Assembly (NCBI GenBank): GCA_977017645.1
Contig: OZ360241.1
Coordinates: forward strand, 73,594,001-73,658,000
Source of the DNA: Torpedo marmorata
Lineage: Eukaryota
Direction of reading: 5' to 3'
DNA: 64,000 nt
Part shown: one piece after another, positions 61,334 through 64,000 of the stretch
Position numbering within the stretch: position 1 is the stretch's first letter
Layout of the letters: each line of letters begins with the position of its first letter
Notes under the pieces: model-generated
Database searches by the model: none
The model's input: the letters and a program-made list of their open reading frames with translations, nothing else
What the model was told of the DNA's origin: nothing
Made by a program: the position numbers and the translations under genes

Positions 61334-61611
61334 ATTTAGTTTCTGATTACTCCCTTCAATAAGAACAACCCCAGAATTTAACTCTTTCTTAAAGCATGAA
61401 ATTCCACCTTCACTTTGTTACTTATATTGGTTGATTTGAATTAGTGTGTCATTTAACATTTTGCCCAAAAATGAAGAAATATCACGGGTAGAAATATGAA
61501 AATGTTGAATATCAAGCTGTTTATTGTCAGTATGATAAATGTGCTATATTTGTAGGAGGGTGTGAATGTGTGTGGGATGTGGTGGGTGGCAGCAATAAAT
61601 TGTGACAGAGT

Positions 61612-62088
61612 TAAACATGAAAGTCTGCAGACGCGATGATTGTCGTGCAATACACAAAAGTGCTGGTGGGTACCCAGACAGAATATTAGGTGTTGTTCCT
61701 CCAATTTGTGAGTGGCCTCGGTTTCGCAGTGCATGAGGCCATGGACAGACATGTCGTTGTGGGAAAGGGGCACGGAATTGAAATGGTTGGCCACTGGGAG
61801 CGGACAAAGCGAAGACGCTAAACGAAGCGATCTCCCAGTCTGCATCCAGTCTCTCCGATGTAGAGGAGACCACAGCGGGAGCACTGGATGCAGCAGGTGA
61901 CCCCTGTAGATTCACAGGTGAAGTGTTGCTTCTCCACATGAACGGTGGTGAGAGAGGAGGTGAAGGGCTCAGGGCCGAAATGTTGGTTATATATCTTTGC
62001 TTCCTATGAACACTGCTTGACCTACTGAGTTTCTCCAGCATTGTGTTTTTACTTCAACCACGGTGTCTGCAGATTTTCGTGTTTTACT
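61612..62088. mobile_element. Penelope-like insertion: GIY-YIG fragment (minus) bracketed by inverted terminal repeats
   Basis: Minus translation 'PVANHFNSVPLSHNDMSVHGLMHCETEATHKLEEQHLIFCLG'; termini taaacatgaaagtctgcagac and gtctgcagattttcgtgttttac are inverted; plus-strand gtgaagggctcagggccGAAAtgttgg. Confidence 0.8.
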
Positions 62089-63107
62089 TGTGACAGATCC
62101 TTGCCTGGAAAATGCAGGGAGGATCAAAGATAGAGTTTGGAGAATGAACTTTAACGCGTTAATATAAGGCCATTCAGGCTTTGAGCTCCTGCCAATCCAG
62201 ATAATTCTAACTGGAACAACTTGCATCACTGATTTAATTTCCAAAGTAGTACAATGACTTTTTCTCCAATTTAAAGGTCAAACTGAGCATTGCTGAACCA
62301 ACGAGATGTGCTCTACCTTATTCTCCTCAATGTAGGTTTCCTGGGTTTTGGATCTAAGCATGAACTGTGGGTGTGGAAATGAAGCAATAAAGTCATTGCA
62401 TGACAAAATCTGCATCACAAATTCTTGGGAAGCTTTTGCAGTGGGGATGCAACACAGTTCGTATTTCATTATGACACGGAAGGAGGCCATTTTGTCCATT
62501 AAACTGATGCCAGCTCTCACAGCGAACTTGTCAATCCCTTCCTCCCACCTCACTTATTTCCCTGAACCTACTTCTCTAACACATGCCCATTAACATCTGT
62601 CTGATTTTCCTACCATGTGCTTACACGAGGAATAACTTTCTGTGGCCAATTAACCCAGCCACCAGCTCATTTGTTTTTTGTGATGAGGGAAGAAATCAAA
62701 GCATTCAGGGGGAATTCACAGGATCACGGGGAAAACGGGCAAACTCCAAACAGACAGCACTGGAGAAGGTCGGGATTCAACATGAGTCACTGGAGCTGTG
62801 AGGCAGTTGGCTAACCTCAGTACCACAATGCCACCCCCACTCCCCCTGCTTCAGGAGACATCCTTCTTTTCGTTATGAACAATACAATTTGCTCATCCCA
62901 ATCGGTTGGTTTCTGCCTCAAAACAGGACCTGTGCTGCATGGGGTGCCACTCTATGAGGGATTTAACAAAGCTCGTTACGTGAGTTGTTGCCAAGTAACT
63001 CACTTCCTGACATCCCTGGTCTTTTCTATCAGCTACAAGTCAGGAGTGTGATTGAATACTCTCATTCTGCTTGGGCGAACACAGCTCCAAAAACACTTAA
63101 GAAGCTG

Positions 63108-63450
63108 ATTCAGATTTCAGATTTATTGTCAGAGTGCATACATGACATCACATACAACCCTGAGATTCTTTTTCCTGCGGGCCAGGCAGAATTACCACTT
63201 AATGGTAGTGCAACAAAAAAAACTGTACACAGCGTATACATGTAAACAAATAAACAAATGTAAACAGCTGACTGTGCAATACAGAGAGGGGAAAAAAACC
63301 AAATAAAGTGAAAAAGTAAGAGTCCTTAAATGAGTCTCTGATTGAGTTTGTTGTTGAGGAGTCTGATGGTGGAGGGGTAGCAGCTGTTCCTGAACCTGGT
63401 GGTGCAAGTCTTGTGGCACCTATACCTCTTTCCTGATGCAGCAGTGAGAA
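63108..63450 (-). mobile_element. Rex1/Babar-type 3' end
   Basis: Closely matches 42544-42880. Confidence 0.85.
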
Positions 63451-63534
63451 GCTGGACATTAACTATCACAAAATAATTTGCTTAATTGAGACCACATGCA
63501 TTATTGGTCTACAGTGGTTGCAGAATGTATTAAC

Positions 63535-63797
63535 TAGAACCATAAAACCATAGAACTATACAGCACAGAAAAAGGCCCTTCGGCCCTTCTAGTCCATGCC
63601 AAACTATTATTCTCCCAAGTCCCACTGACCTGCACCCCTACCATAGCTCTCCATACCTTTCCAATCAATGTACCTGTCCAAATTCTTCTTAAAAATTAAA
63701 ATTGAGCCCTCATTCACCACTTCAGCTGGCAGCTCGTTCCACACTCCCACTATTTTCTGTATGAAGAAGTTCCCCCTAAACCTATCTTCCCCCCTAA
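63535..63797 (-). mobile_element. CR1 LINE 3' fragment
   Basis: Minus translation 'RGNFFIQKIVGVWNELPAEVV'; plus-strand tail agaaccataaaaccatagaac. Confidence 0.85.
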
Positions 63798-63897
63798 AGG
63801 GCGGCACGGTTAGTGTAGCGGCTAGCTCAACGCTGTTACAGCGCCAGCGATCGGGATCAGGGTTCAAATCCCACGCTGTCTTTAAGGAGTTTGTATG

Positions 63898-63949
<52 letters not shown>

Positions 63950-64000
63950 CACGGGAGCTCCTGTTTCCTCCCACCGTTCAAAACGTAGCGGGGGTTGTAG
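63798..64000 (+). mobile_element. tRNA-derived SINE with internal (TG)n expansion, running off the window
   Basis: gggcggcacggttagtgtagcgg...gggttcaaatccc; (TG)n at ~63899-63943. Confidence 0.85.

Overview
Vertebrate genomic DNA. The repeat content (HE1/V-SINE-type tRNA SINEs, CR1, Rex1/Babar, L1 and Penelope-like elements) suggests a cartilaginous fish; this assignment is inference. The window appears to lie inside a LAR-family receptor protein tyrosine phosphatase gene on the minus strand, best matching PTPRS. Five phase-1 GT-AG exons are visible: a 186-nt Ig2 exon (32159-31974), a 9-nt microexon meA3 (ESF, 31027-31019), an 18-nt microexon meA6 (GGTPIR, 20404-20387), a 111-nt exon (16047-15937) and a 12-nt microexon meB (ELRE, 8182-8171). 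The ORF track shows only the 186-nt exon. The rest is intronic and full of nested mobile DNA: three 5'-truncated L1 copies with clear target-site duplications, an otherwise intact Rex1/Babar ORF split by an L1, a TA-flanked MITE carrying a 25-bp CpG-rich minisatellite plus two later insertions, a second MITE with a 3-bp duplication, Penelope termini with minimal hammerhead-like motifs, a locally copied inverted segment and several minisatellites. I found no CRISPR array, true tRNA or rRNA gene, and no evidence of a wholly new multi-gene system. Exon, TIR and TSD coordinates were counted by hand; boundaries of old repeats are approximate.
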